Below, one piece after another: positions 13,409-25,879 of a DNA stretch of 64,000 nt. The stretch lies in the NCBI GenBank assembly GCA_951406725.2, contig OX597828.1, positions 11,346,001-11,410,000 of the forward strand. The letters run 5' to 3'. Position 1 is the first letter of the stretch, and the number at the start of each line of letters is the position of its first letter. The notes below the pieces were generated by a model. It saw only the letters and a program-made list of their open reading frames with translations, made no database searches and was not told where the DNA came from. Origin of the DNA: Octopus vulgaris. Lineage: Eukaryota. Made by a program: the position numbers and the translations under genes.

Positions 13409-14704
13409 TTTCTATGGACTCTAATTATCAAAATTCTTCATAAACTATCATTCAAAACAGATGCAGTATTAGTAAATTTGTTGAAGTCAAATAGCAAATA
13501 AATTTTGATTGGTATTTCTTCTTTACTTATGTTCTGGTGGTGAATGCCTTCTTACCGGTAGAGTCATTTACCTATTTTTGTACTCATATTAATCTAAAAT
13601 GTTCTGTTATATCGCCACATTATTGTAGCTTCTCTAGTCAGTTTCTTCATATTTATGAGTATCAACCATGTCTAATGATTCTCTAAAATGCATCAGATAT
13701 CAATGCATTTCTACACACTTTAACCATTTTTGGAAGCTGTTTCATCTCAAGAATTAGCCAAAATTCACTTGCTAAAGTTCTAAAGTGGGTTTCTAAGAAT
13801 ATATGATAGATGATTCGAATTGTCCCCTCTATATAATTACAAATCGGTATGTTTCCTGTATGGATGGAAAATTTCCTTATTCAGATTGTAAGTTACTTCC
13901 AAACCATTATTTTCAAGTTAATACCGACTGGGACTTTTAGGTTTAAATTAATGAATAATTTTATTATATCCTTCTAAATCCTTCTGCCAGCTGTCTGTTT
14001 GTAATCCTAGATATTAAGAGCATCCTCTCTGCAAAGTTCTCCATTGATAATATGGACAATTTCAATCGGGGTCTAAAATATTAATTTCAATTACACATGG
14101 AAATGTTGCAGAATATCCAGCACTTATATTTACATTGATAAAATCTGCGCTACTCTTCTTCCTTTCATATACGATCAACCAAGAAAAATAAAAAAGGAAT
14201 ATCATTATTCCTGGTGGTAGTCGAATGTTTTGAGAAATCAATAGCTTTTAATAATATATGTTTTGTGATTAATGAGTAATAATCAATTATATTAGATTGT
14301 GTGAGAGTGTATTCTTGTATAACAATGATAGATTTAAACCAACTCATAACAGACTCATTATTATCCAATGTGTCAGTCTGGGCTTTTGTGTGTCATTATT
14401 TTATCTAATATCACTTTGCTAATCTTTCTTAATTCTGTTTTCATCGTTTGTGACAGGGATTAATAAAAAGTGATTTATGATCCTTGACAGTTAAATAAGG
14501 TCTCTTTAGTTCAAGAGTATTCACTCTATCGTCTATGTTAATCCTCAAGGTAATAAGTTTGGCCTCCTTATTTATAGAACAAAGTATCAAATAAAGTAAT
14601 TGTATAGATGTTGGTGATACTATTTTTCAAGTACATCATGTTTATGCATCCATATATTTTTCTACCTTTGTTGATTGATATGTTTATATATATATATATA
14701 TATA

Positions 14705-15123
14705 AATGGAAATTGTAGTTAAGACACCCGTGCCGGTGACATGTAAAAAACACCGTGCGAACGTGGAAGATGCCAGATAAAAATTAAATAAAAATTCTAG
14801 TTAAGACACCTGTGCCGATGACATGTAAAAAGCACTGTCCGAACAAGGCAGATGCCAGCACCGCCTGACTGGCATACGTGTCAGTGACACGTAAAAGCAC
14901 TGACCGATCGTGGCCGTTTGCCAGCTTGCTCTGGCCCCTGTGCCGGTGGCACGTAAAAAACACCCACTACACTCACGGAGTGGTTGGCGTTAGGAAGGGC
15001 ATCCAGCTGTAGAAACACCGCCAAATCAGACCAGAGCCTGGTGCAACCTCCATCGCTTACCAGACCCCAGTCGAACCATCCAACCCATGCTAGCATGGAA
15101 AACGGACGTTAAATGATGATGAT
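14705..15123 (+). mobile_element. SINE-C inserted in the Penelope-like fossil
   Basis: Same tail; internal GTGACA(C/T)GTAAAAAGCAC sub-repeats. Confidence 0.8.
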
Positions 15124-15441
15124 ATATATATTTATATCAAGATTTGACTACTTTCGCACACACAAAAATTGTCTGATTTTCTTATTTTCTTTGTTAAACA
15201 CCAATTTATTCCGGAAAGTGTTTCTTATTTTCTTGAACATTATATTCTTCGTTATTCTGAAAATATTTTATCTCAAGTGTTTCAAGTAATATATAACTAG
15301 GTAGAACATTCTGCTTCTAAATGGATGCAACTAAATACCACATGATATTTCGTCTGACACACCCACTTATTCTGGCAATCCAACAAGATTTGTAATACCT
15401 TTCACTATGGGCATGTCTATTTCAGTCATCATCTTCATCAT

Positions 15442-15472
<31 letters not shown>

Positions 15473-15780
15473 TTCATCATTGCCGATATTGTCATCAACA
15501 TCATCATTTAATGTTCACTTTTCCTTGCTCAAATGAACCGGACAGAATTGCTGAGGTATGTTTTCTATGGCTGGATGCTGTCTCTGTTGCCTACCCTCCC
15601 CTGTTTCCAAGCAAGGAAATGGCTCTCATGGCCAGGCATGATTTCCATAGAAGACTGAAAATAAACATCATCATATACATGATGGTAATACTGGTTTACA
15701 ATCATCACACATACACTATGCATATATAATATATATATATTCATATGCATTTTTTTTCTCTCCTTGTTTTTTTCTGTGTA

Positions 15781-15818
15781 TCTTTCTGTCGAAGAGTGTA
15801 GGCTCGAAACGTAAAAGA
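15781..15818 (+). ncRNA. Minimal hammerhead-like motif with variant core, in a repeat spanning about 15740-15915
   Basis: TCTTT-CTGTCGA-A-GAGT(GTAG)GCTC-GAAAC-GTA-AAAGA: perfect 5-bp stem I, 4-bp stem II, palindromic ACGT stem III, GUA triplet. Confidence 0.55.
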
Positions 15819-17328
15819 CTTTTTCTATTTCTGTTCCTGAGCGCCATACTAATACATTTGTTTGTTTGTACTCCACCTGCCTTCGTCTTTTGTTTATTTT
15901 CGTAAACTTTCCCGTTATATATATTCATACATATATACGATGAGTTTCTATCAGCTTCCATCTGCTCAGAAGACTTTGGTCAACCTAGGACTATGCAAGA
16001 AAACACCAATGTGCTGCACAGTAGGACAGAACCCAGAACCATGTGCTTGGGAAGGAAGCTTCTTAACCACACACCCACACCAGCATCAGTCATTAAATAT
16101 CTCATAGGAACAAAGAGTTTCACTAGGCTACTATTTATTTTTACTCTCTGTGTTTTGAGTTGAAGCACTGCTGAGGTTGAATTTTGTCTTTCATCCTTCT
16201 AAGGAGTGATACATTCATATCTTCCAGGTCAGAGGATTTGGTACAATTTTTAGAACATTCTTCAAGGTGCCTTGAAGTCTCTGTTCCAGTACAGCTTATT
16301 CTGAATTGAAATAGCTTCACATACGACTTACCTTATTGTGGGGGAAAAACAGGCCCAGGAGAATGCAATTAAGGGTGAGATGCTGTCAAAATAAGACTGA
16401 CCAATGCCTTGATTGTACTGACATCTTGATGACAAAAATAAAATGAGCAGACTCTGCTCAAAGCTGGATAAGTAATGGAACAATTGCTGTTAAAACATTT
16501 GTTTTGAAGTTGGGACTGGATGGGAGATGAAGAAATTTTTCTATTACAAGTAAACTGCTTTATTATTTGGAACCAAATTCAAACAGGTAGCTATACTGAA
16601 GTGAAATGTAGAAATAAAATTTTGGGTCAGAATCACAGTAAGGCATCTGAATTTGAACTTATGGCCCTTAAGCAAAGAACTCTGATACTTTAACCACTTG
16701 CCCATTTCAGCTCTAATTCACAATGCTTCAATCCTTTATCAAACATATCAGACTATGGAATCTGTAGTGATCCAATAGAAAGACAACAAGAAAGCTTGTA
16801 CAGTCACCCATTCTTCAAGAACTAGAAGCTAAATCTCCCTCAAACTACACATGACCATTCTGGCTCGTTGCCACCCCACCAAAACAAGGATGGTTACTTT
16901 AGACAATGAACACTAAAACATCAAACAGGAAGGAAAAAATTACTAGATCAAAGTCTTTTGATGATAGATCAGCCCAATCAGGGCTGACTGATAGGTTGAA
17001 GTAAGGCAACAATAACCACCACTACCATCGCCACTACACAACCCAGGGGCTGGCAGTCATGATGGAGGGAATAAAACCAGAGTCAAATGGTGAATAGCTA
17101 AAGATAATAAGACATTATCTAAACACTGTCCAACTTGGCTCCCTTCCCCTACTCTTCCCCTTTCCCTAAAATACTAATCATTATCTATTATTCCTACACA
17201 CCAGACCAACATTTCTTAAGCTTATATTCATTGTTATTTTTTCTCTTTAAAGAAAGGTGCACATTGCTTATTTATATTACTTCAAGTCTTTTACTTACTT
17301 ACATTTTTCTTTGTCTTCTCATTATTAC

Positions 17329-17359
<31 letters not shown>

Positions 17360-18289
17360 GCATTTGATAAGTAGCAGAAGAGTTTTAAAAAAATCCTATT
17401 TAATGTCACTAAGCCAGGTCTTATATACTGATTGTCTGGTTGCAGCTGTTTAGGAGTTAGTGTAATGTGTGCACATGCATGCCTGTGTGTATATGCACAT
17501 ACATAGGTGTGTGTGCATCTATAATTGTACACATAAGTATATGTAAACCTGACTGCGTTTGTGTGGGTTTGTGTCTATAAATGTCTATATGTGTCTAATG
17601 TATGTGCCTGTGTATGTTTGTGCATGAGTGTGTGCATTCGTATCTGTGTGTTTGTGTGTGTGGGTGTGTGTGTCTGGGTGTGTGTGTGTCTGCATGTGGG
17701 TGTGGGTGTGTGTCTGCGTGTGGGTGGGTGGGTGTGCATGTCTGCGTGTGGGTGTGTGTGTGTGTGTCTGCATGTGGATGCTTCTATTAGTATACATCTA
17801 TATGTGCCTCTCTACTTCTGCATGTCTGCTAGTGCATATGTATGTGCGTATGTGTGTGCATATGTATTAAAGGGTGTGTCCACTATTTGTTTGACAGATC
17901 ATCTTGCCATCTTCTCCAGAATGATGTTTTGACATTGTGAAGGAGTTCAATGGCTTTCTCTTGATTTATATATTTATATATCTATTTATTTTTGCCAAGC
18001 CAGACACATTTAAGCATAGCCGCTGGACATTGATAAAATCCTCTTTCAGAAAATTAATCAGAAAATATCTGCTGACTGCTGCCTTCATGACAATCGCCAT
18101 CACCATCACAACTAACATCATCATCACCATGACCACCAGAATCAGAATCATTATCGAAAATATGCCAGCAAATCTCTCATCATTAAAATTGCTTCTTTTT
18201 TTTTTCTTAATTGTAAAAATGATGGTTACTTAAGTATGTGGTCAATATTTTGTAAGGGAAAAATAGAGGCAATTAAATCAACTGCTTCT

Positions 18290-19125
18290 TAATATAGTTA
18301 ATGACTTATTTCATTATCAACTTGAAAAGATGAAAGGGAATCATTGCCATTCGGTCATGGTATTTGAACACAGGACAGAGAGGGAGAAAATTTAAATACT
18401 ATTGTTTCATAAAATATAAGCCTTTGTATCATTGTTGCCTTCAGAGGGATTTGAAATCAGAATGAAGGGGTACCAAACAAGAATACTGTGTTACATGATA
18501 TAAATCAATCCATGTACTACTTTCACCTACTACCTAATCCTTAAGAAATGAAATAAGTTAAATGTTGATCTCAGTGAGATTTGAACTCAGAACAGAGATG
18601 TACAAGACTAGAGTACCATGTTACACAATATAAATCAACCCATATGTAACTGTTGCATATTTTACTAATCCTGGAGAGATAAAAAAAAAAAAAAAAACAG
18701 TTTATTATTGACTGTAGTGTGATTTGAACTCAGGACAGAGAGGTTCAAAACACTGAAATACAAGGCTACATAATGTAATTCAGTCATAATATCAGTGTCA
18801 TTTATTTTATCAATCCTGCAGAGCTGAAAGGAGGAGTTGGAAGTTGGCCCAAGAGGGATTTGAACTAGGAAATGAAAGGGTTAAAAACTGAAATACTATG
18901 TTAAATAACATAAATCAACTCCTTATAATTAAAACATGGTAAAGTTTTATTTCATCAATACTGGGTAGATGAAAAGAAAACTGACTCCAATGGGAATTGA
19001 AATCACGATGTCTATATTACTATTATTCATTTTATCAATTCTGGAGAGATTGAAGAAAATATTTTCAGGTGACTCCAACAGGATTTGAACTCACAACTGA
19101 GAAAAGACAAAACAATAAAATACTG
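18290..19125. repeat. Degenerate tandem array, about 7 units of roughly 90-150 bp, SINE-B derived
   Basis: GATTTGAA(C/A)TCA-like core recurs at about 18362, 18449, 18578, 18721, 18857, 18995 and 19082. Confidence 0.7.
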
Positions 19126-19395
19126 TTACATTCCATATTTAATATTTCAGCCATCTTCTATTATATAATAAACTGCAAAATAAAAACAAAAAAATTAGAA
19201 AAGAAATTTTTAGAAATTAATTTACCCCAAGATGTAATCGAAGGAAAAAAAAAAAAATGCAAATTAAAGAAGAATCAAAATAGATCTGAGAGAGAAAATA
19301 AAATTGTAATTCTCCAATGCCTCACTTTGAAAATCCCCTTCTAGTTGTAAAAGTGACAATATGAGAAATTAATTATTGCAGATAGTTCTTTTCCG

Positions 19396-19548
19396 TTACG
19401 TTTTCCCACTAGCACCGATGTTGGAGAACCACATGGCTCCAACACTACCAAGTTTGTCATAGAATGACCCTCCAGATGCATTGTTTCCTGACGATCTGGG
19501 AAGAACAGAGGCGGCTACTTGAGTCAGAGAGGCTGGAACGACATCAAC
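19396..19548 (-). CDS. COG1: COG1 terminal coding exon (stop TAA)
   Basis: Long polypyrimidine tract plus gtacag|GTT; phase 0; VDVVPASLTQVAASVLPRSSGNNASGGSFYDKLGSVGAMWFSNIGASGKT*. The KLG..W ending resembles COG1 C-termini and the frame is compatible with the exon at 33.5 kb. Confidence 0.75.
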   Translation of the reverse strand, partial: VDVVPASLTQVAASVLPRSSGNNASGGSFYDKLGSVGAMWFSNIGASGKT

Positions 19549-20149
19549 CTGTACAAAAAATATAAACGAAAAGGAAAAGAAAAAAAAAAGAAAAGCTGTA
19601 TTAATAAGCAGTTTCTTAATTAGATTTTTGTATTCAATTAATTCAGGGTACATTTGACTTCATCTTCATGTTAGTCTGACATTTTTTACTTTTTTTTGTT
19701 GTTTTTGCTTTTCAAAGAGAACATCAGGGTATATGGAAATTTTGAATTGCTAAAATGAGATGCATTTCTTATTCCCATGAATTAACATTGTGGAGAAAGG
19801 AAAGAAAAAAATATTACCATCATCATCATCATTTAAAGTTTGCTCTCCATGCTGACATGAGTTTGACGGTTTTGACAGCTGCAGAGTTCCATTGAGCTAT
19901 TTCATCAGCTTTAGCATGGTTTCTATGGTTGAATGCCCCTTCTAATGCCAAACATTTTACAATGTGTACTGGTGCTTTTTCCATGCCACAGGCACTAATG
20001 AGGTCACCAGGTAACTTACAAGACAAGAAAAGCCCCCTTGTGAATGGGGTAAAGGGTATTTGAGATGTGGAGGTGGCTTTATATAAGGTGTTGAGAGGTT
20101 TTAGTATGATTGAGTGATAAGCACAGGTTAAAAGGAGAACTCTGTTGGT

Positions 20150-20462
20150 TGTGACAACGAAGGGTCCCGGCTGATATGATCAACGGAACAGCTTGCTCAT
20201 GAAATTAACGTGCAAGTGGCTGAGTATTCCACAGACATGTGTACCCTTAACGTAGTTCGCAAGGAGATTCAGCATGATACAGAGTGTGACAAGGCTGGCC
20301 CTTTTGAAATACGGATACTACTCAATTTTGCCAGCTGAGTGAACTGGAGCAACGTGAAATAAAGTGTCTTACTCAAGGACACAACACGCTGCCGGGAATT
20401 GAACTCAAAACTTTAGGATCATGAGACAAATGCCCCTAACCACTAAGCCACGTACCTTCACA
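20150..20462 (-). mobile_element. SINE-D (tRNA head TGGCTTAGTGGTTAG...GAGTTCAATTCCC)
   Basis: A and B boxes on the minus strand followed by GTTGTGTCCTTGAGTAAGACACTTTATTTCAC; relatives at about 38085-38428, 41395-41670 and 44740-44955. Confidence 0.75.
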
Positions 20463-21264
20463 CAAGCACAGGTATCTTGCTATAGAGAAGTCAATTGAAA
20501 ATTCATAAAAATTGAATTTTGTTTTGCAAACATAAATTTGAAATATATAAGTTATTTTTAAAAATTAAATTAGAATTTGTATTTGAATTTTCAGGTTCAA
20601 TTTTACTGAAATTTTAAAACCCAGTTTTCAGTTTATGATAATATTTGGCATCTGTCATTTTCAAATCTCAGCTTTAAACAAACACAAAGAACTGGCCTCA
20701 AATATGGATGACAAAAGTAAACTAAAATTATTTACTACAACTTATATAAACATACATACACATATATATTTGTCTTGGTAACAAATTAAGATATAGAAGC
20801 CACCATGCTCTATATCTATATCTATTTTTTCATCTAATCCCTGTAATTTTAACAGTAAGAATAAGCATCTTACTGACTGTAAAAATAGTTGCTCTATTTT
20901 TTGCTTGCTTTGCATGGGTGTAAAAGGCTAATTAGAGTGCATGCATGTGTATGCATTTGTGTGTGTGTGCGTAAGCAAAAAGAACAAAAAAAATCAATCC
21001 TTCTTTAATTAATTGTGAAATTTGTATTTCAAAATTTATGCTAATGAGAAATATATTACATGCAAATTTATTTCATCCTCCCAGAAGTCAAAATTGCAAA
21101 TGCACCATTCTGAAAAATTGGGAAGGAGCCATTCCATCTTGAAGGGTTTATTCCTACACATAGCAATGCAATCTGTATTCCAATCAAACTGTGTTTGGAA
21201 GAGGTTTAGGGGCCCATGATCCTAGCTGTTTACACTCCTATAAGTTGGTAAAGAATTCCTTTAA

Positions 21265-21486
21265 CCGTTTCGTTACTGTATTTATTTTGAGATGCTCTGT
21301 GTTTCTTTCAATCAATTTTAAATATAACAAAGAATTTAGTGAAATAACTTAGTTATCATTAAGCTTGTATTAGGAACATAAATTGTGACTGAGGTTTGGA
21401 GGAAGATTTTAATTCAAGACTTATGGAAATAAGATATTTGTACTACAGAGCCAGAGCTGATTTCGGCCAGGTTGGTAACGAAAGGG
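21265..21486. mobile_element. piggyBac-type MITE family 1
   Basis: TTAA|CCGTTTCGTTAC ... GTAACGAAAGGG|TTAA. Confidence 0.8.
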
Positions 21487-21810
21487 TTAAGAACATCCAG
21501 TTCCTTATTAGATTGTACTCCTTCACATATTTAGGCAATGAGGTATGAATTTGACAATGAGTTTAGCAGAATACCACAGGAGATGGTATCACTACAGCCT
21601 TCTTCACAGACAGGAAACTTGCAGTTCTGGAATGGAAAGATTGTGTTACTGGCCAGTCTTTTGCTGTTACCTGTGCCTAAAACTCCCAGTTCCATTCATG
21701 ACAGAAAATAGGCTGCTTCCAGACTACATTAGATGATACCATTGAGAGCAGCACAACAAGGCAAGCAGCCAGTACTGAGGTAGAATAACAATGGATGGAC
21801 TCTACATACA

Positions 21811-22189
21811 TCTCTATCTCTCTCTATATATAAATGGCAAAATGTCTGTCTGTGTGTGTGCGTGTCCTTTATACAAATCCACAATTTTTCAATTAGAGGG
21901 CTCGCACTTTCTATGGTCATTTAAAACTGTCCAAGGGTGGCCGTGCACATCTTTACATTTCCCCAGTCACCCTGCAAAGCCATTAAAAAATCAATAGAAG
22001 TGACTTTTGGTGAATTTTCTATCCAAAACCCAATCAAAATGTCCAAAACTTGATACCCCAATAGAATGCCAGCTAGCTGTATGTGATTGGTCGGAGATAT
22101 AGACAGTACTCATGTATATGTGCACACACATGCAGCTGTATATGCATGCACTAGCACTATGACCTGGCATTGCCGGGTCATAGTGCTAG
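21811..22189 (+). mobile_element. Non-autonomous Helitron-like element
   Basis: Begins A|TC(TCTA)...TATATAAA followed by (TGTC)n; ends in a hairpin plus CTAG|T; no TSD seen. Confidence 0.7.
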
Positions 22190-22407
22190 TCTATAGTAAA
22201 CCTACAGTAACATTGGATTGGTACCACACATACACCCACAGTGTAAGCCCACTGAAATGCCAATGCTTGAATTTCTGTCCTTTCAAGACTAAGCATAACT
22301 TGCTGAAATATATTCCTCCACTCCAAACCTATCTAATGAGCATGCTTCTTTGCAGCACGATGAAGCTAATGATAGGCCAAATTCCACATACAAGTGCACA
22401 CAATCAA

Positions 22408-22890
22408 CCCTTTAGCATTTAAATTTAAATTAGCATATCAAACCTAAATATTCTATCCTTTCTGTGATAAAACCAGCCAGATCTGACCTCTCACACCTAC
22501 TTTACAATGTCATTCTAAAAATAAACAATCACATCTTTGAAATCTCTAAGCTAATAGATAATGCATGATTAATTCAAAATAATTTTTTTTTCTTTTTTAT
22601 TGCCCACAAGGGGCTAAACATAGAGGGGATAAGCAAGGACATACAAAGGGATTACATCAACCCCAGTGCGTATCTGGTACTTAATTTATTGACCCCGAAA
22701 GGATGAAAGACAAAGTTGACCTCGGCAGAATTTGAACTCAGAACGCAGAGACAGACAAAATACCAATAAGCATTTCGCCCAGCATGCTAACGTTTCTGCC
22801 AGCTCGCCACCTTAAATTCAAAGTAATTAATTCAAAATATTGCAAACCAATACACATCATATTAGACTGAGTAATCTGAATGCTTAAGGG
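22408..22890. mobile_element. piggyBac-type MITE family 2 with nested SINE-B (about 22585-22813)
   Basis: TCAA|CCCTTTAGCATT ... AATGCTTAAGGG|TTAA. Confidence 0.7.
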
Positions 22891-23842
22891 TTAAAACCGC
22901 TAAGTTAACGATTGAGTCATCAGTTATCAAAAACAACAAGTAGGCAATTTAGAAACAGCTTCTATCCTACCACTGTACACAGCTAGAAGATATTACTATA
23001 CTTCTCAATGCTTCTAAATTACAATCGAATTATAAACAAACTCCCTTTCTTGCTTGCAAGATTAAAATAAATAATTTTGAAGGTTAAAAGTCAGGGAGCC
23101 ACACTGGTGTCACATTAGCATCATGACTACCCAGTATATGGCAGAGGTGCAACACATGCCCCACAAGGGGCTCTTTGCTTTTTTAAGCAATGTATTAAGA
23201 GCTATAATTTACAACTTCATTTGCATTCAAGATACTTAGCACAAAGGACTTATTTCCATATTCCTCAATACTTCTAAATTACAATCTAAATATAAACATA
23301 TCTCTGTGTGTGGTGCATGTGTGTGTGTATTTGTGTATTAAAGTTTAATACATTTTATTACTTAATTTTAGTGTTATTCTGTGTTATCTATTTATCTTTT
23401 GTATTAAACTTTTGAACTCAATCAAACCAAATTTCAATGGAGCAAAATTCTAGATAATAACAATAAATTTTATTCTACAACTTTTATTGGGTCACTATGC
23501 ACACCCCGCCAACATAACTTTCTTTCCAAATATTTTGAAATTTCTTTAATGTGTAACTAACATCAACATGAAATTATTCTTATGATGTACCATAAAAACA
23601 TAAGTAACACACAAACAAAAAAAGATGATGTTTAATTCTCATTTATTGATCATTAAATCATGTTTGCTGAGTGTATCCCTCATTTCTCAGTAGTTTTATA
23701 CACACACACATACACATGTTTATATATGTATACATATATGCTCTCCCATTCTGTTGGCCTCGTCCCAAAGTTTAAAATCATTAAAAGAAATTAAAAAAAG
23801 AAATTACTCATATTATAAATGACATTATTGTTATTATTATTA

Positions 23843-23889
<47 letters not shown>

Positions 23890-23891
<2 letters not shown>

Positions 23892-24743
23892 GGCAGCTAG
23901 CTGGCAGAATCATTACCATGCCGAGCGAAATGCTTGGCAGTATTTTGCTGGTTGCTATCTTCTGAGTTCAAATTCCACCGAGGTCAACTTTGCCTTTCAT
24001 CCTTCTGGGGTGGATAAACTAAGTACCAATTGCGTACTGGGGTCGATCTAATCGACTGGCCCCTAACCCCAAAATTTCGGGCCTTGTGTCTAGAGTAGAA
24101 AAGATTATTATTATTATTATTTAGGCAGTAAGATAGCAGAATCATTACCACACCAGGTGAAATGCTTAGCGGTATTTCGTCTGCCTCTACGTTCTGAGTT
24201 CAAATTCCGCCGAGGTCGACTTTGCCTTTCGTCCTTTTGGGGTCGATGAATTAAGTACCAATTACGCACTGGGGTCGACATAATCGACTTAATCTGTTTG
24301 TCTGTCCCCTCTATGTTTAACCCCTAGTGGGTAGTAAAGAAATAGGTATTTCATCTGCTGCTACTTTCTGAGTTTGCCGTTTATCCTTTCAGGTCGATAA
24401 ATTAAGTACCAGTGAAACACTGGGGTCAATGTAATTGACTAGTTCCCTCTTCCACAAAATTTCAGGCCTTATGCCTTTAGTAGAAAGGATTATTATCATT
24501 ATTATTATTAAGGTGGTGAGCTGACAGAATCCTTAGCACACTGGATGAATGCTTTGCCATGTTTTGCCTGTCACAATGTTCTGGTTTCAAATTCCACTGA
24601 GGTCAACTTTGACTATCTTTTCGGGGTCAGTAAATTAAGTACCAGTGGAACACTGGGGTCAATGTAATCGACTAATCTCCTCCAACCAAATTTCAGGCCT
24701 TATGCCTTCAGCAGAAAGAATAATAATAAAAATAATAATAATT

Positions 24744-24778
<35 letters not shown>

Positions 24779-24995
24779 TGAGGCGGCAAACTGGCAGAAT
24801 CATTAGCACATCGGTTGAAATGCTTAGCAGTATTTCATCTGTCTTTACGTTCTGAGTTCGAATTCTGCTGAAGTCAACTTTTCCTTTCAACCTTTTGGGG
24901 GTCGATGAAATAAGTACCAGTGAAACACTGGGGTTGATGTAATTGACTAGTCTCCCTTCCCCCAAATTGCAGGCCTTGTGTCTTTAGTAGAAAGG
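23890..24995 (+). mobile_element. Tandem array of about 5 SINE-B copies (tRNA head, B box GAGTTCAAATTCC, central GCCTTTCATCCTTTCGGGGTCGATAAA domain)
   Basis: Units start at about 23891, 24122, 24347 (partial), 24510 and 24781, mostly separated by (TTA)n. Confidence 0.85.
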
Positions 24996-25596
24996 ATGAT
25001 TATTATTACTATTATTATTATTATTATTATTGAGGTTGGAATATCTTGATCCTGGGTCTCCTAAATCAGGGTCTTCCTGGAGTTAAATGACAACCATACC
25101 CACTGACACCAGCACCACCTCTGCTGCTGCTGCTACTACTGCTACTGTTATAATTCTTATCTCTTTGTATGTATGTCCATACTGACTATCAATACGTCTA
25201 TCTAACTACACAAGTTTGGATACACTCATTGGAGATTTCATTAAGAATTGGTAGAGAAAAAGACAGACAGACAGGCAGGCAGGCAGCGCGAGACGAGATG
25301 AACTTGCAATTCTGCGGAGAACAGCAAGTGGCCATTCCTGGAAGTAAGTAAACACTCGTAAACCAAATGTCAACCAATCAGACAGTAGTTTTATCATCCT
25401 CCACCAACATCTTCCACATACAAACACACACACACACACACACACACTGAGCATAGTGTTATTTACATTGTCCTTTATTTGTCTCAACTATGGTTAAAAT
25501 ATTAGAGAAGTTTTGGCAATCCCTAGCTTTCTCACTTTTTCTGAATCTGTCAACCCTCCATCAAGACTATAAAAGTCCCCATCATTAATATTACAA

Positions 25597-25778
25597 ATTA
25601 TTATTATTATCATCATCATCATTATTATCATCATCCTCATCATCATCATTATTATCATCATCCTCATCATCATTATTATCATCATCATCCTCATCATCAT
25701 CATTATTATCATCATCCTCATCATCATTATTATCATCATCATCCTCATCATCATCATCATCATTATTATCATCATCAT
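25597..25778. repeat. (CAT)/(TAT) compound trinucleotide repeat with 24-30 bp higher-order unit
   Basis: CATCATTATTATCATCATCCT repeated. Confidence 0.85.
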
Positions 25779-25848
25779 AGCCCTCCATTTCAGTGGGGCC
25801 TAAAGTGTTCTACTGCTGCCAGACATAGAAAACTTAGACAGCAGCAGC

Positions 25849-25879
<31 letters not shown>

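Larger units (their letters stand above)
12760..15330 (-). mobile_element. Decayed Penelope-like retroelement (RT + C-terminal GIY-YIG), interrupted by two SINEs
   Basis: Minus-strand fragments translated by hand, in the expected order: INKEAKLITLRINIDDRVNTLELKRPYLTVKDHKS; TELRKISKVILDK; SVMSWFKSI...IIDYYSLITKHILLKAIDFSK; LEVTYNLNKEIFHPYRK...NSNH; NMSTKIGK...HSPPEHK; CLEGSVIRSAT...LSSHI. Many stops and frameshifts. Confidence 0.8.

Noticed and set aside
18290-19125. Repeat-spacer-like periodicity resembling a CRISPR array
   Set aside because: Repeats are degenerate SINE B-box segments, the spacers are related to each other, the context is eukaryotic and there are no cas genes.
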